Positions 36,701 to 48,500 of a stretch of 64,000 nt of DNA are shown here, piece by piece. A model generated the notes under the pieces. That model ran no database searches and had not been told where the DNA came from. It was given only the letters and a program-made list of their open reading frames with translations. The DNA comes from Takakia lepidozioides (lineage: Eukaryota; Plantae; Bryophyta), in assembly GCA_030704615.1 (NCBI GenBank), contig CM060734.1, forward strand, positions 34,596,001 to 34,660,000, in the 5' to 3' direction. The position numbers and the translations under genes were made by a program. Positions within the stretch are counted from its first letter, which is position 1. The number at the start of each line of letters is the position of its first letter.

Positions 36701-37068
36701 ACAGACATGCAATGAAACGTCAAAAGGACTGAGGATGGTGCACACATAATACTGGAGAGAAATGTGTTGGCTCTGGGTGCTTTTCGCGAGCCGGGTTCCA
36801 CTTTAGAATGGACATTCACCCAAAACTGAGTGGGGTAGTCCTCCAAATTCTCCTCTCCCAGGACGAAGTCACCAACTCCATCCCAAGGTATGCAAGCCTT
36901 TTCAACATTCACTCGCACACCCATAAACCCATATTGCGTCTCACTCTTCCAATGGAGATCCTTCCTGTTGAAGGGTCCTGGTTTTGCTGTTTGCAAACAT
37001 TGTCGAAGAGGCCGTATAAGCGGGCTTTCCGTGATCAGTATATCATCGGGTTTTGCTTCTACGTCCAT
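33696..37068 (-). pseudogene. MuDR/MULE DDE transposase with SWIM Zn finger; disrupted
   Basis: Spliced exons include ...-35885, 35645-35446 and 34939-onward. Motifs IVACDATFGTN (D), AFIVDDAEAE (D), LCFWHV (CxxH), QDTNASIEAQH (E) and SWIM CTCLWAMKGNLCKH. In-frame stops at 36278 and ~36122; frameshift near 33990. Confidence 0.9.
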
Positions 37069-37212
37069 GCCCTATACAGTACAAATGACACGCTTCTGAA
37101 CATGCAAGAAATGCGCCGCAGTATAAGACATGATCGACAACGTGCCAGGAGAACAGTGCGCACGTTCGCGGCTGCTGGCAAGTGGCAGGCGGCAGGGATG
37201 CAAGTTTGAATT

Positions 37213-37613
37213 GCAGCCCTAAAAATGGAGGGCTCGGATGGGTTATGGGAATGGACGGTGGCGATCCTGCGCCGTCAGTGGACTGGATGGCAGGGGACTA
37301 GCGGGCAGACTGGCGGACTCGCAGACTGCTGGGCAGCGGACTGGCCAGCACCGGACTGGCGGGCAGACTGTTGGGCAGCCGACTAGCCAGCAGCGGACTG
37401 GCAGACTGGAGGGCAGCGGACTCGTGGCGGGGGACTGGCCGCGCGGCGGACGGGGGCGCGGGCGCGGTTGCTGCAGCCGCGCCCGCGGCTGGGCGACCGC
37501 GCGCAGCGGCGGGCGGGGCGGGCGGGGTGCTGGGGAGCCGGGCGTCCGTGCGCGGGCCCACCGGCCACATCGCACGTGCCCATTGAAGACCCTATTATCT
37601 TAAAATGAGAGGC
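37213..37613 (-). repeat. Right TIR of MULE
   Basis: Ends ...GACCCTATTATCTTAAAATGAGAGGC followed by the TSD. Confidence 0.92.
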
Positions 37614-37910
37614 CTTGGCGACAGGGGTAAAGGGAAATGAGGCTGAAAAATCATCACTTTTCGCCAGAAGCTGATATGATGGGCCCACCATTCGCTAGAG
37701 GGGCCGCCACAGGGAGGCACATGGCGCCATATTGAGTGAAGACAGTTTACAGCAGAGGAGCTTGATCCCACCGACCAAGTGCAGGACATCGCCGCATTCC
37801 CCCTCCCGTGGAGCCAGCTATGTTGCCCATTTTTGTATATATATATATGGGTAAGTATAGTATAGTCTGTATAGATAGACTTTGTAGAGATAAGTTCATA
37901 ACATGTGTAT

Positions 37911-37976
37911 GTGTAGCTTAGTGGTAGAAATCTCCCATCCTAGCTAATTGACTTGGTTTTCAATTCCTAACACCTC
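37911..37976 (+). repeat. Degenerate tRNA-derived (SINE head-like) remnant
   Basis: GTGTAGCTTAGTGGTAGAA (A box) ... GTTTTCAATTCC (degenerate B box); arms do not fold cleanly. Confidence 0.35.
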
Positions 37977-38999
37977 AATTTTTTGATAGAAACCTGGTTT
38001 GGATGATAAAGTTCCTAAATATGAAAAAGGTGGCGCGGAGGAGGGCAAAAGGGTGACTGGAGAGGAGGATGATAATCAAAGGGTGGCAGAGGGTTACAAA
38101 AACGGAATGAGAATGTCATTTATTCATTGTTTTTTGGACGAAAGGACACATGTCAACAAATTTAGGACCTAAAAAATAAAATAAAACTAAAACACACATC
38201 TTCCTTCTTATATTTTTTTCCTCCCATAAAACACAAAACTAAACATAGTGACATATAATCTTCATTACTGTTTACAAGCTTTGTGAGCCAAGTTACTTGG
38301 TAATTTTATTTGTATTTTCAAGAGCCTTGCAAACATTGATACTTCTTATCTATGTGCCATGTAGCATTAGGCATGGTCTTTTTGGGCCAGGGTTCAAATA
38401 TGCCACTTAGTGTAGATTGACTGAAATGCAATATAAGCCAATTTAAGGTTTTCTACTTATGAATGGTGGTTTAAATTTTTTTGGTGGTGTTTGGCATAAT
38501 TTCTGCCTAGTCTCCAATGATGCCTAAACCCTCCAATTTGCTATGTCAATTTTGGGTTATTCGCCTCAACAAGTCTACTAAGTTTTAGGTTCATTCGCCC
38601 AATACCCATTCAAAATCTCATATTATCGCCAGCCATTTCCACTACGCGTTTTGTACAAGCGCCAGACATGCTCCTCTAAGGTTCTAATGGATGCCACGTG
38701 CTACAATGTAAATACCTTAAAAGAAACGCTGGTGCGAATGGGCCGTAAAAGATAAGTTAACCAAAAAAAAAAAGTTAATATGGGGTACTGTCGCACTGTC
38801 AATCAGATTCACCTGTAGAGTCCACATTGGTATCGGGGAAGGTGAACACTAGGTACTCTAGTACCTTGTACTCTAGGTATCGAAGCTCGCATGGTTACCT
38901 CAGCAAACTCCACAGAAGAGTCCTTCCGAGCTTCAGCCATATAATCCAGAACAATGGAAGGCAGTAGTGTGTGAGGTCTGTAAGAGTTTGTTGACGAAA

Positions 39000-41900
39000 A
39001 TGCCCCCTCTGAGCTGCCCGCTGTGGGGGTCGATGATGCTACCTGCCGGTCTTTCCCACTCGCAGACCGCACAAAGAGAGATGTCTAGAATTCTAATATC
39101 TCCCGTAGTCCGAACACTCGATTGGAACAGCTTCTGGCGGGTGGGAATGAGGAGAGGGTCAAGTTTATTGCCGGTGAAAGGTGAGCTAGTTTGTGACTAT
39201 TTTAGTATTGAATGTCTTTACCACAGAGATTGAATGGGTGGAAGCTGGGGCTTCTTCCTTCAAAATGCTGAAAGTTAGACATGACCGATACACATAACCA
39301 ACTTTCGGTCTCGACCTCTTTCTCAGTGTCTGATGATGGTATTGCGTTTAGTCCCAGAGCAAGAAGGAATCGGAATGTCGTTCGGAAAAATGTTGGTACA
39401 TACGTTCCCTAGAGGAGGAAGAGGGTTTAGAAGAGGGCTTAAGAATCTCTAATTCTGTGACTAGTATATTTATGAGGAGAAACGGTGTTGTAGGATGCAC
39501 GACGGCACGGTCAATCACTGCAGATGAGGGCGTGAAGCGTCCAATGGCGGACTCACAAGTCACCGAAGTCATCAGCGTTGATCCCCCTCGCGGAACCCGA
39601 GACTTTCCACCTGAAGACATGCGGCTTCGTTCCTGGCTTTTTCAAAACTTTCGAGAGGTGCCTTTTTTGTCCCTAGAAGATGGAATGATCGGTGTATCGA
39701 GGAAGGGAGAAAGAGGAAAGCCTTACATAAGAAATTCAGATGTTTCAGGTGTCATTCCTGTGTAGCAATGTGCCTTTTCTAGAAAACTGTTATGCTGTTT
39801 GAAGACAAACAGGGTCACTTATGGTGCTTTTTTCAAAAATTGCAAAATGTCCATTGGGCACAAGGCCTTAATGTGTGAACATTGTGAGGGTAGTTGTGGA
39901 TCAGCCAAATTCCTGCCGCTCTCTGTTGTAAGAATGTGTTCCCCATACGTTAGTTTTGGTGTAGGATGGTGCATGCTACTCAAAGAAGTACTGGGAGAGG
40001 CAAATAGAGGAGAGACATGATGGGCATGGGGGCGATGGGCATGTAGGTTTCCAGGTTGTTTGCTTTTGAAGAAATTGACTTCCCAGTGCTGGAGTCAGAG
40101 GAACTCTTTGTTCGGAAGGCTGGCGAAGAAATCACCCAGCAGGTGCACAAGTTCTTACCTCCCTGTCAGTTTTGCAGAAGAACCATCAAACCCAAACCCC
40201 AAAATAAGAGCTCAGGAAGGGTAAAGAAAGAAGACAGCTTTGAATTATTAATTCCACAGGGGGCCCAAAGGGATGGAGAGTTTGGTCTTGACAACTGACA
40301 GCACCATGTCAAGATTGTTACACAAACAGGAGGGGTTGTATCTTGTAGCATTAATGGCCAGAATGAAATAGAGGTCTATTAAAGAAGAGAGGAGGAGATT
40401 GACACAGGGGTGTTTACAACGTTGATATAGAGAAAGCTTACATAAATAAGCAGTGTTCGCTGGAACGCAGCTCTACAATTTTGAGGACAAAGGTGGCCGC
40501 CGCGTGGCATTGCGTCCTGAGCTCACCCCCTCTCTGGCTCGCCTTGTGCTGCAGAAAGGGTTAGTCTCTTGCATCATTCTCTTTAGCCATGTTACATATG
40601 AGGTTGGAGGATTGAATCCACAGTGTGTCCGTACTCATGTCAACTTATTTTTAGGCCCTGGCATCCGCCAACATTAAGTGGTACCCTATTGGATTCTCTG
40701 TGTAGAACAGGGTTGCTGTTTCATGTGAATATCTTTTATACAAACGAACAACCTCATCAGGCAATGCTGGAGAGGGGCAGTGCCATGAAGGAGAGTGAGA
40801 GACTGCACACAAATGTATGACATGTAACGGGGAGATGGGGCAGGAAGGGCTTGTCACTACCACTGAAGTGGTTTGCAATAGGGCAATGCTGGCGCTATGA
40901 GCGAATGACGCGCGGACGCAGGCGTGAGCATTACCAGTGGAATATGGATATCATAGGAGTTCCTGGTGTTGAGGCAGATTACAGTCCCCTTAATAACTCA
41001 AACCTGCAAGCACTTCATTTCCATCAGACTGTTTAGAAGGTGTAAAGTGCTATTCCAGGGGATGGAGATCTCTCAGCACATGGGATGAGCAGAGTTTTTT
41101 TTGGGTTTATCACGATATAAAAGATTGTGTGCTGGCTTTTAAATGGTTGTCACTAGTTGCTTCTCATGGATTCCTCTATTGTGGTAGCATTTGCTTGCGA
41201 GTCCTCAAGTAGTGAAGATGGTGATTTTTACTGATATCCTTGTATGAATGTGTTGGCAGGCGGAAGCAGAGCTCCTATCAGCTATTGTCATGTTCTTTAA
41301 AAAGCTTGGAATCACGTCTAGTGATGTTGGCATCAAAGTCTCAAACCGTAAGGTTTGTCTCTCCTCTCTCTCTCTAAGAGGTAGCCAAGAGATTCCAGTC
41401 CTCTCTTCCTACACATACCTGGGCATTGAGTTTTCCTCCAACTGTAACTGGGATGCACATATCCAGAAGTTGTTCAAAAGAAAACCTTGCTTTGCCGCGT
41501 TATTAGACCTGCCTTGGAGTACGGATCTGCTATATGGGTTGATAACTCCAACCAGGCTAAGTCTCTAGAATCCATTCAAGTGGGGGTGCTTAAGGAGTGC
41601 ATGTCAGCATGCTCCAAAACAGCCAATGTGGCTGTTCGAGGTGAGTTTGGCATCCCTTCCTTAAGCTCCCGCCGAGATGAATTCAAGGTCAGATGGTGGG
41701 GTCAGTTGCAACACATGTCCAACACCAGATACCCTAAGTTAATCGACTCTATATCTTGGAAACTGGACCGCCCTGTCAAACAGGCTAAGTCCTGGCAGAA
41801 GTGAGTAGAAGAGATTCTCAAGGATCTGAATCTGGACCCGCAAGTCTTGACCTTGCTGGATAAATCTGACTTAGAGACTGTAGTGTCCAAAGCCATATCT

Positions 41901-42488
41901 GTTGCCATGAGATTGTCTGATGAAAATGAAGTTAGGCAGAAAACTTCCCTGAACCTGTTTCCAGTCTGTGACATGGGGGAGGATATCATGGATGACGTCA
42001 AGGGTCTACCCACTCTCGGCACCAGACTGAAATTTAAACTCAGGGCAGGAAGCCTACCTTTGAACAGTAAACAGAAGCAGAGAGGAAAGGGAGAGTGCAA
42101 ATGCCCGTTGTGTGGGCAACCCGAAGACAATATTCATTTTCTGATTCACTGTCCGGGGTACTCTCACCAGAGAGAAGCTCTCCTCCAATCTATCAAGACA
42201 ATTGTGCCTGTACCTCTGTTTACCAACTTTGAAAGTCTCGAGGCTGAGCCAAAAACCCAGGCCCTTCTGAGGCCTAGTTTTTGGGCAAATCACACACAGC
42301 AGATTGATGCTTGTGTGAAGGGATTTCTAGAGGATATCTGGAAAACCCGAATCAATTCTTTGTATAAAGGTAAGTCTTACTACCAATGTCAGCCCCTGAC
42401 AGAGGTAGGTTCTGTCCCTTTGGTTTCCGCTCAAACTGGGCGCGGGGTCAATGGCCACAAGGCTATGGCAAACAACGTCTTATGAGTA

Positions 42489-42522
<34 letters not shown>

Positions 42523-45500
42523 GGCTTATAATGCTCCCATTAGTTCTGAGATTGTGGAAGCAATTGAACATTTAAATGGATATAAAGCTGGTGGACCTGA
42601 TGGTATTGTCAATGAGCTTATCAAGCACGGTGGCGATCCCTTGATAGAGGCTCTAGTTGTCCTCTTTAACCTTATCTGGAAGACTGAAATGATCCCCTTT
42701 CGCTGGCGACAGGGGGTCATTGTCAATCTATACAAGAAGGGTGACAGAAAAGAACCGGGGAACTACCGTGGCATCACGCTCCTCAATGCTGTTGGCAAGA
42801 CATTCTGCAGAGTTATAAGTACTCGTCTCGTGGTTGATCTGGAGTCTAGAGGTTGTTTCCACGAAGGCCAAACTGGCTTTCGGCGAAACAGGGGCTGTGT
42901 GAATCATATCTTCACTCTAAGCCAGATTATCCAGGGAAGGAAAAAAGAAGGGAAACCCACTTATGTTTTTTTCCTGGATGTCAAAAAGGCTTATGACATA
43001 GTGTGGAGAGATGGCCTATGGTTCCGCCTCTGGTCTTGTGGGATCAAGGGAAAGATGTGGAGAGTTGTCCACAAATTGTAAGCTCACACCAAAAGCTGTG
43101 TCACTGTTAACGGACAGAAGTCCAACTTCTTTGACATAGACCAAGGTGTAGCTCAAGGATGTACTCTCTCCCCTCTGCTCTTCAATGTTTTCATCAATCA
43201 ACTCCTCGAGGATGTGGAAAGTGAGGGATTTGGGTTAAGGGTGGGTGATACCACCATACCAGCCCGTATGTTTGCGGATGACTTCGCAGGCATAGGGGAG
43301 ACTCCAACCAATCTCCAGAAGTTGATTGATTGCGCGAAGAGATACTTTGATCTTTGGGGGCTAGAGGCTAATGTCAGCAAATGTGCAGTGGTAGCATTCA
43401 ACGACAGAGGAGAGGGAGGAAGTGATCTTAAGTGGCAGTGGGGTAGCCAAGAGATCCCGGTCCTCCCTTCCTACACTTACCTGGGCGTTGAGTTTTCCTC
43501 CAATTGTAATTGGGATGCACATATCCGGAAAGTTGTTCAAACTGGCAAGGACAAAGCTCTGGGGCTCACTAAATTTTTCCACTGCAGAGGGGTCAACTCT
43601 GAGGTTAAGAAAACCATGCTTTGTCGCGTTAGTAGACCTGCCTTGGAGTACGGATCTGCAATATGGGTTGATAACTCCAACCAGGCTAAGTCTCTAGAAT
43701 CCATTCAAGTGGGGGTGCTTAAGGAGTGTATGTCAGCATGCTCCAAAACAACCAATGTGGCTGTTCGGGGTGAGTTTGGCATTCCGTCCTTAAGCTCCCG
43801 ACGAGATGAATTCAAGGTCAGATGGTGGGGTCAGCTGCAACATATGCCCAACACCAGATATCCTAAGTTAATCGACTCTATATCTTGGAAACAGGACCGC
43901 CCTGTCAAACAGGCTAAGTCCTGGCAGAAGTGAGTAGAAGAGATTCTCAAGGACCTGGACCTGGAGCCGCAAGTCTTGACCCTGCTGGATAAATCTGACT
44001 TAGAGGCTGTAGTGTCCAAAGCCATGTCTGTTGCCATGAGATTGTCTGATGAAAATGAAGTTAGGCAGAAAACTTCCCTGAACTTGTTTCCAGTCTGTGA
44101 CATGGGGGAGGACATCTTGGATGACCTCAAGGGTCTACCCACTCACGGCACTAGACTGAAATTTAAACTCAGGGCAGGAAGCCTACCTTTGAACAGCAAA
44201 CAGAAGCAGAGAGGAAAGGGAGAGTGCAATTGCCCGTTGTGTGGGCTATCTGAAGACAGTATTCATTTTCTGATACACTGTCCGGGGTTCTCTCACCAAA
44301 GAGACGCTCTCTTCAAATCTATTAAGGGAATTGTGCCTGTACCCCTGTTTACCAACTTTGAAAGTCTCGAGGCTGAGCCAAAAGCCCAGGCCCTCCTGAG
44401 GCCTAGTTTCTGGGCAAATCACACACAGCAGATTGATGCTTGTGTGAAGGGATTTCTAGAGGATATCTGCAAAATCCGGATTAATTCTTTATATGGAGGT
44501 AAGTCTTACTACCAACGTCAGCCCCTGACAGAGGTAGGTTCTGTCCCTTTTGTTCCCGCTCAAACTGGGCGCAGGGTCAATGGCCACAAGGCTACGGCAA
44601 ACAATGTCTTATGAGTACAATCTCTCTCTCTCTCTCGCTCTGGTTGCATTCAACCACCAAGGGGAGGGAGGGGGCAATCTCAAGTGGCAGTGGGGAAGCC
44701 AAGAGATTCCTGTCCTCCCTTCCTACACATACCTTGCCGTTGAGTTTTCCTCCAACTGTAATTGGGATGCGCATATTCAGAAAGTTGTTCAATCTGGCAA
44801 GCACAAAGTGTTGGGTCTCACTAAATTTTTCCACTGCAGAGGGATCAACTCTGAAGTAAAAAAAAGCATGCATTATTGGGCATGCCTTGGAGTACGCGTC
44901 TGCAGTGTGGGTTGATAGTTGATAACTCCAACCTGGCTAAGTCTCTATAATCCATCCAAGTGGTGCTCAAGGAGTGCATGTCAGCATGCTCAAAACAGCT
45001 AATGTGGCTGTTTGGGGTGAGTTTGGCATCCCTCCCTCAAGTTAATTGACTCTATATCTTGGAAGCAGGATTGCAGTTTCAAACAGGCTAAGTCCTGGTG
45101 GAGGAGGGTGGAAGAGATTTTCAAGGATCTGGATCTAAGTCCGCAAGTCTTGACCCTGCAATTTGACTTAGACACTGTAGTGTCCAAAGCCATGTCTGTT
45201 GCCAGGAAATTGTCTGATGAAAATGAAGTTAGGCAGAAAACTTCCCTGAACTTGTTTCCAGTCTGTGACATGGGGGAGGCCATCTGGATGACCTCAAGGG
45301 TTTACCCACTCTCGGCCCTAGACTGAAATTTAAACTCAGGGTGGGAAGCCTACCTTTGAACAGCAAACAGATGCAGCAAGGAAAGGGGGATTGCAAATGC
45401 CCGTTGTGTGGGCAACCTGAAGACAGTATTCACTTTCTGATTCATTGTCCTAGGTACTCTCACCAGAGAGAAGCTCTCTTCAAATCCATCAAGGGATTTT

Positions 45501-48500
45501 TTCCTGTACCTCTGTTTACCAACTTCGAAAATCTCGAGGTTGAGCCAAAAGCCCAGGCCCTTTTGGGGCCTAGTTATTGGGCAAATCGCACGCAGCAGAT
45601 TGATGCTTGTGTAAAGGGATTTCTAGAGGATATCTGGAAAACTCGGATCAATTGTCTGTTCCAAGGTAAGCATACTACCGGCGTCAGCCCTTGACACAGG
45701 TAGTTTCTGTCCCTTTGTGTTCCGCTCAAACTGGGCGCGGGGTCGATGGCCACATGGCTACAGCAAAGAATGTCTTGTGAGTACATTCTGTCTCTCTCCC
45801 TCCATTTCAAGCTTAATTTAAGAACCTCTTCATGTAACACCTCAGGAAAGCCACCGAAGGTGAAAGCTACAAAGTCAATAAAAGATGGCTTTACACTGGA
45901 GTACAAGAAGCTTCGTGTAGCATAACAATTCGAAGGCTTGATTTTGTGGTTCTACCGTGTTATTCTCCTGGTGTCCCTTTGGCTTGATGTGCCTTCCCCA
46001 GGCACACTAAATTACTTGTTTCTTGTCCCTCTCTGCCTATGGTGACATCTGAACCACCACGGTGGTAATGATAAAAGATTTTGGTTGGCCAAAATCCAAC
46101 ATATGGCCCAGTGGTTAGGGCTCTATGCCCCCTTACAAGTGGTCATGGGTTTAAAGTCACATAGGTTTACGAGGTCTTTCATTATCCCTGGAGCAGCATG
46201 TGATTTCCAGAAAGCTCTATCTTGAAACCACTTTAATGTAGACCTATGGCCAGATCGCAGTATTTTTTGAATGCTGCTCGCCTAATCACTACGATAGGGT
46301 GAGGTGCATCGTTACCGGGTGCCCAGTGGCCTCCCAGCTCCTCGAGAACTCTCTTCATTCCTTTGTACTTATTTGAACTTTCGAGATTGGAACCTGATTG
46401 AAACCAGCTAGATATTTCGCACGTGATTATCCTTGCCCAGGTTACGATAGATCTATTATTTTCGAGCTCAGGAGCATGGCCTCTTGCAGTGAGCTTGGAT
46501 TACAGATGGTACTAGAAGGGTTCCTCTCAATGAACCGAAGTTCGAACATAATTTCTTGCTCATTCTTCAACTTCCGGGGCACCGATGAACTCGAGGCCGG
46601 GCAAAGATTCAGTCCCAAGCTGTTTTGTTAGGCCTTCGTGTTTGCCGGCCGAAGCCATGGACAAAGCTCACGCATCGTGAAGGGTTGATTCTTGATTCCT
46701 GGCAAGGGGTGCCGAACAATCGTCCATATCACTTCCTTGAGTTGTGCTACAGGTAGCTCATTTGTGACTCTCTCATTGCATTTACAGCAAAATTTGACTG
46801 CCAACATGCGAAGTCATCTTCTTGGTCACATCCTCAAAGATGTGTAAGAATTACAGAGGGGGGACCTCTTTCTCACATCCTTCGGGTCGCAAGGTCTAGC
46901 CACATTTAGGAATGTGTTCAAATCAGATCAGACTACACGCTGAGATGTTGCAAAATGGGTTACAAGTTGAAATTTTTTTGTTCACAGGGAGTTCCACAGT
47001 GCACTCACACACTACACTGCATTCGCATTGTAGTAATCAGCACCGTGGAATCTGACTACCGATATGCGAAGCCATCTTCGTGGCCACATCTTCAAAATCC
47101 CTGGACAGGACTTGAAATGGATGCCTTCCTCACTAAATAATGCTGCCTGAGGGGATGGATAAGGCTCCATAGTGATGCAAGCCAGGCTGCAATCCACGCA
47201 GCAAGACACGAGGACGACGAACACAACCATTGCGTGAGGTGCCTGGGACAGTTGGCACTGCAGATGTGTCGTATCTTCTCGAAGGGCCCCACCTACATGT
47301 GTACATCTTAAAACCTGTGCTTAAACCTGTCGGTGTTGTGGTGGGCTTAAGGGGTAACTGGGTCTAGTTATTTAATGTTTGGGTACCTGGGGACTTTAAA
47401 GTCGTTGGGGGAGGTTTGTGCACCCTGGTTACAGCCGTTAGTGTCCAGCTTCCTCTCTCGCAGTAGTCTTCCTCTCTTTTGGTTGGCTTCACCACGGCCT
47501 TATTGACTGTGAATCTAAATCTAATAGTGAGGGGTTCTAAAGAATGGAAGGATACAGTAGAAAGGATCGTTCCAACGATCCAAGACAACCTGATGAACTG
47601 GAGTATATCACAAAAGGATACAACGCACCCATAAATTTTCTGAGATTACTGAAGCAATAGAATATCTAGTGGGCTATAAAGCCAGTGGGTGTGATGGGAC
47701 TGTCAATTAGTAATGAAGCATGGTGGAGATCCTATGTTTAGAGGCCCTTCCCTCCTCTTTATTGCTGGCAGATTGAAATGATCCCCTTCCTCTGGAGAGA
47801 GGGCGTCCTTGTCAATTAGTATAAGAAAGGTAAGAGAGACTACGGCGCCAGTAAACTTCTTAGCACTGTTGGCAAGCTGTTTTGTTGGAAGTAAACACCC
47901 GTCTTGAGGTAGATTTGGAGTCTACAAGTATTTTCCATGAAGGTAAGGCAGGCTTCTGGGGAAATAGGGGCTGTGTTGACCATATCCTTACCCTAAGCCA
48001 GACTATTCAGGGAAGGAAAGAAGGAAAACTCACCTTTGTCTTCCTCCTTGATGTCAAAAAGGCTTATGACATAGTATGGCGGCGCATTGGCTATGGTCTT
48101 CTGGGGTTATGGAGGATGGTTCACCACCTGTATGTGAACACCAAATGTAATGGCCAGAAGTCTAATTTCTTTGACATGGCCGAGGTGTAGCTCAAGGTCA
48201 TACCCTTTCCCCACTACTCTTCAATGTTTTCATTAATCAGCTCCTTGCTGATGTGGAAAGCGAGGGATTTGGGTGATGCCACATACCAGCTCTTATATTT
48301 GCAGATGACTCACGGGCACAGGGGATATGCCATCCACTCGTTGGTTGGTTGTGAGAAGCCGTACTTTGACCTCTGGAGGTTAGAAGCCAATGTTAGTACA
48401 TGCACGGTGGTGGCCTTCAATGATCATGGGGAGGGAGGAGGGGATCTCAAATGGACATGAGGCAGTCAAGAGATCCCTGTGCTCCCCTCCTACACATATC

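Larger units (their letters stand above)
25363..37613. mobile_element. Mutator-like element (MULE), 12.25 kb, Ulp1-carrying (Kaonashi/VANDAL-like organisation), decayed
   Basis: Long TIRs starting GCCTCTCATTTTAAGATAATAGGGTCTTCAATGGGCACGTGCG. 9-bp TSD CTTGGTGAC (25354-25362) / CTTGGCGAC (37614-37622). Two convergent internal genes. Confidence 0.95.

Noticed and set aside
36104-36715. 203-aa plus-strand ORF
   Set aside because: Antisense shadow of transposase exons and spans a transposase intron.
41802-43933. Programmed read-through at the TGA shared by LINE copies 1 and 2
   Set aside because: Other copies have AGA/AGG (Arg) here; recurrent CGA-to-TGA deamination or shared descent is simpler.
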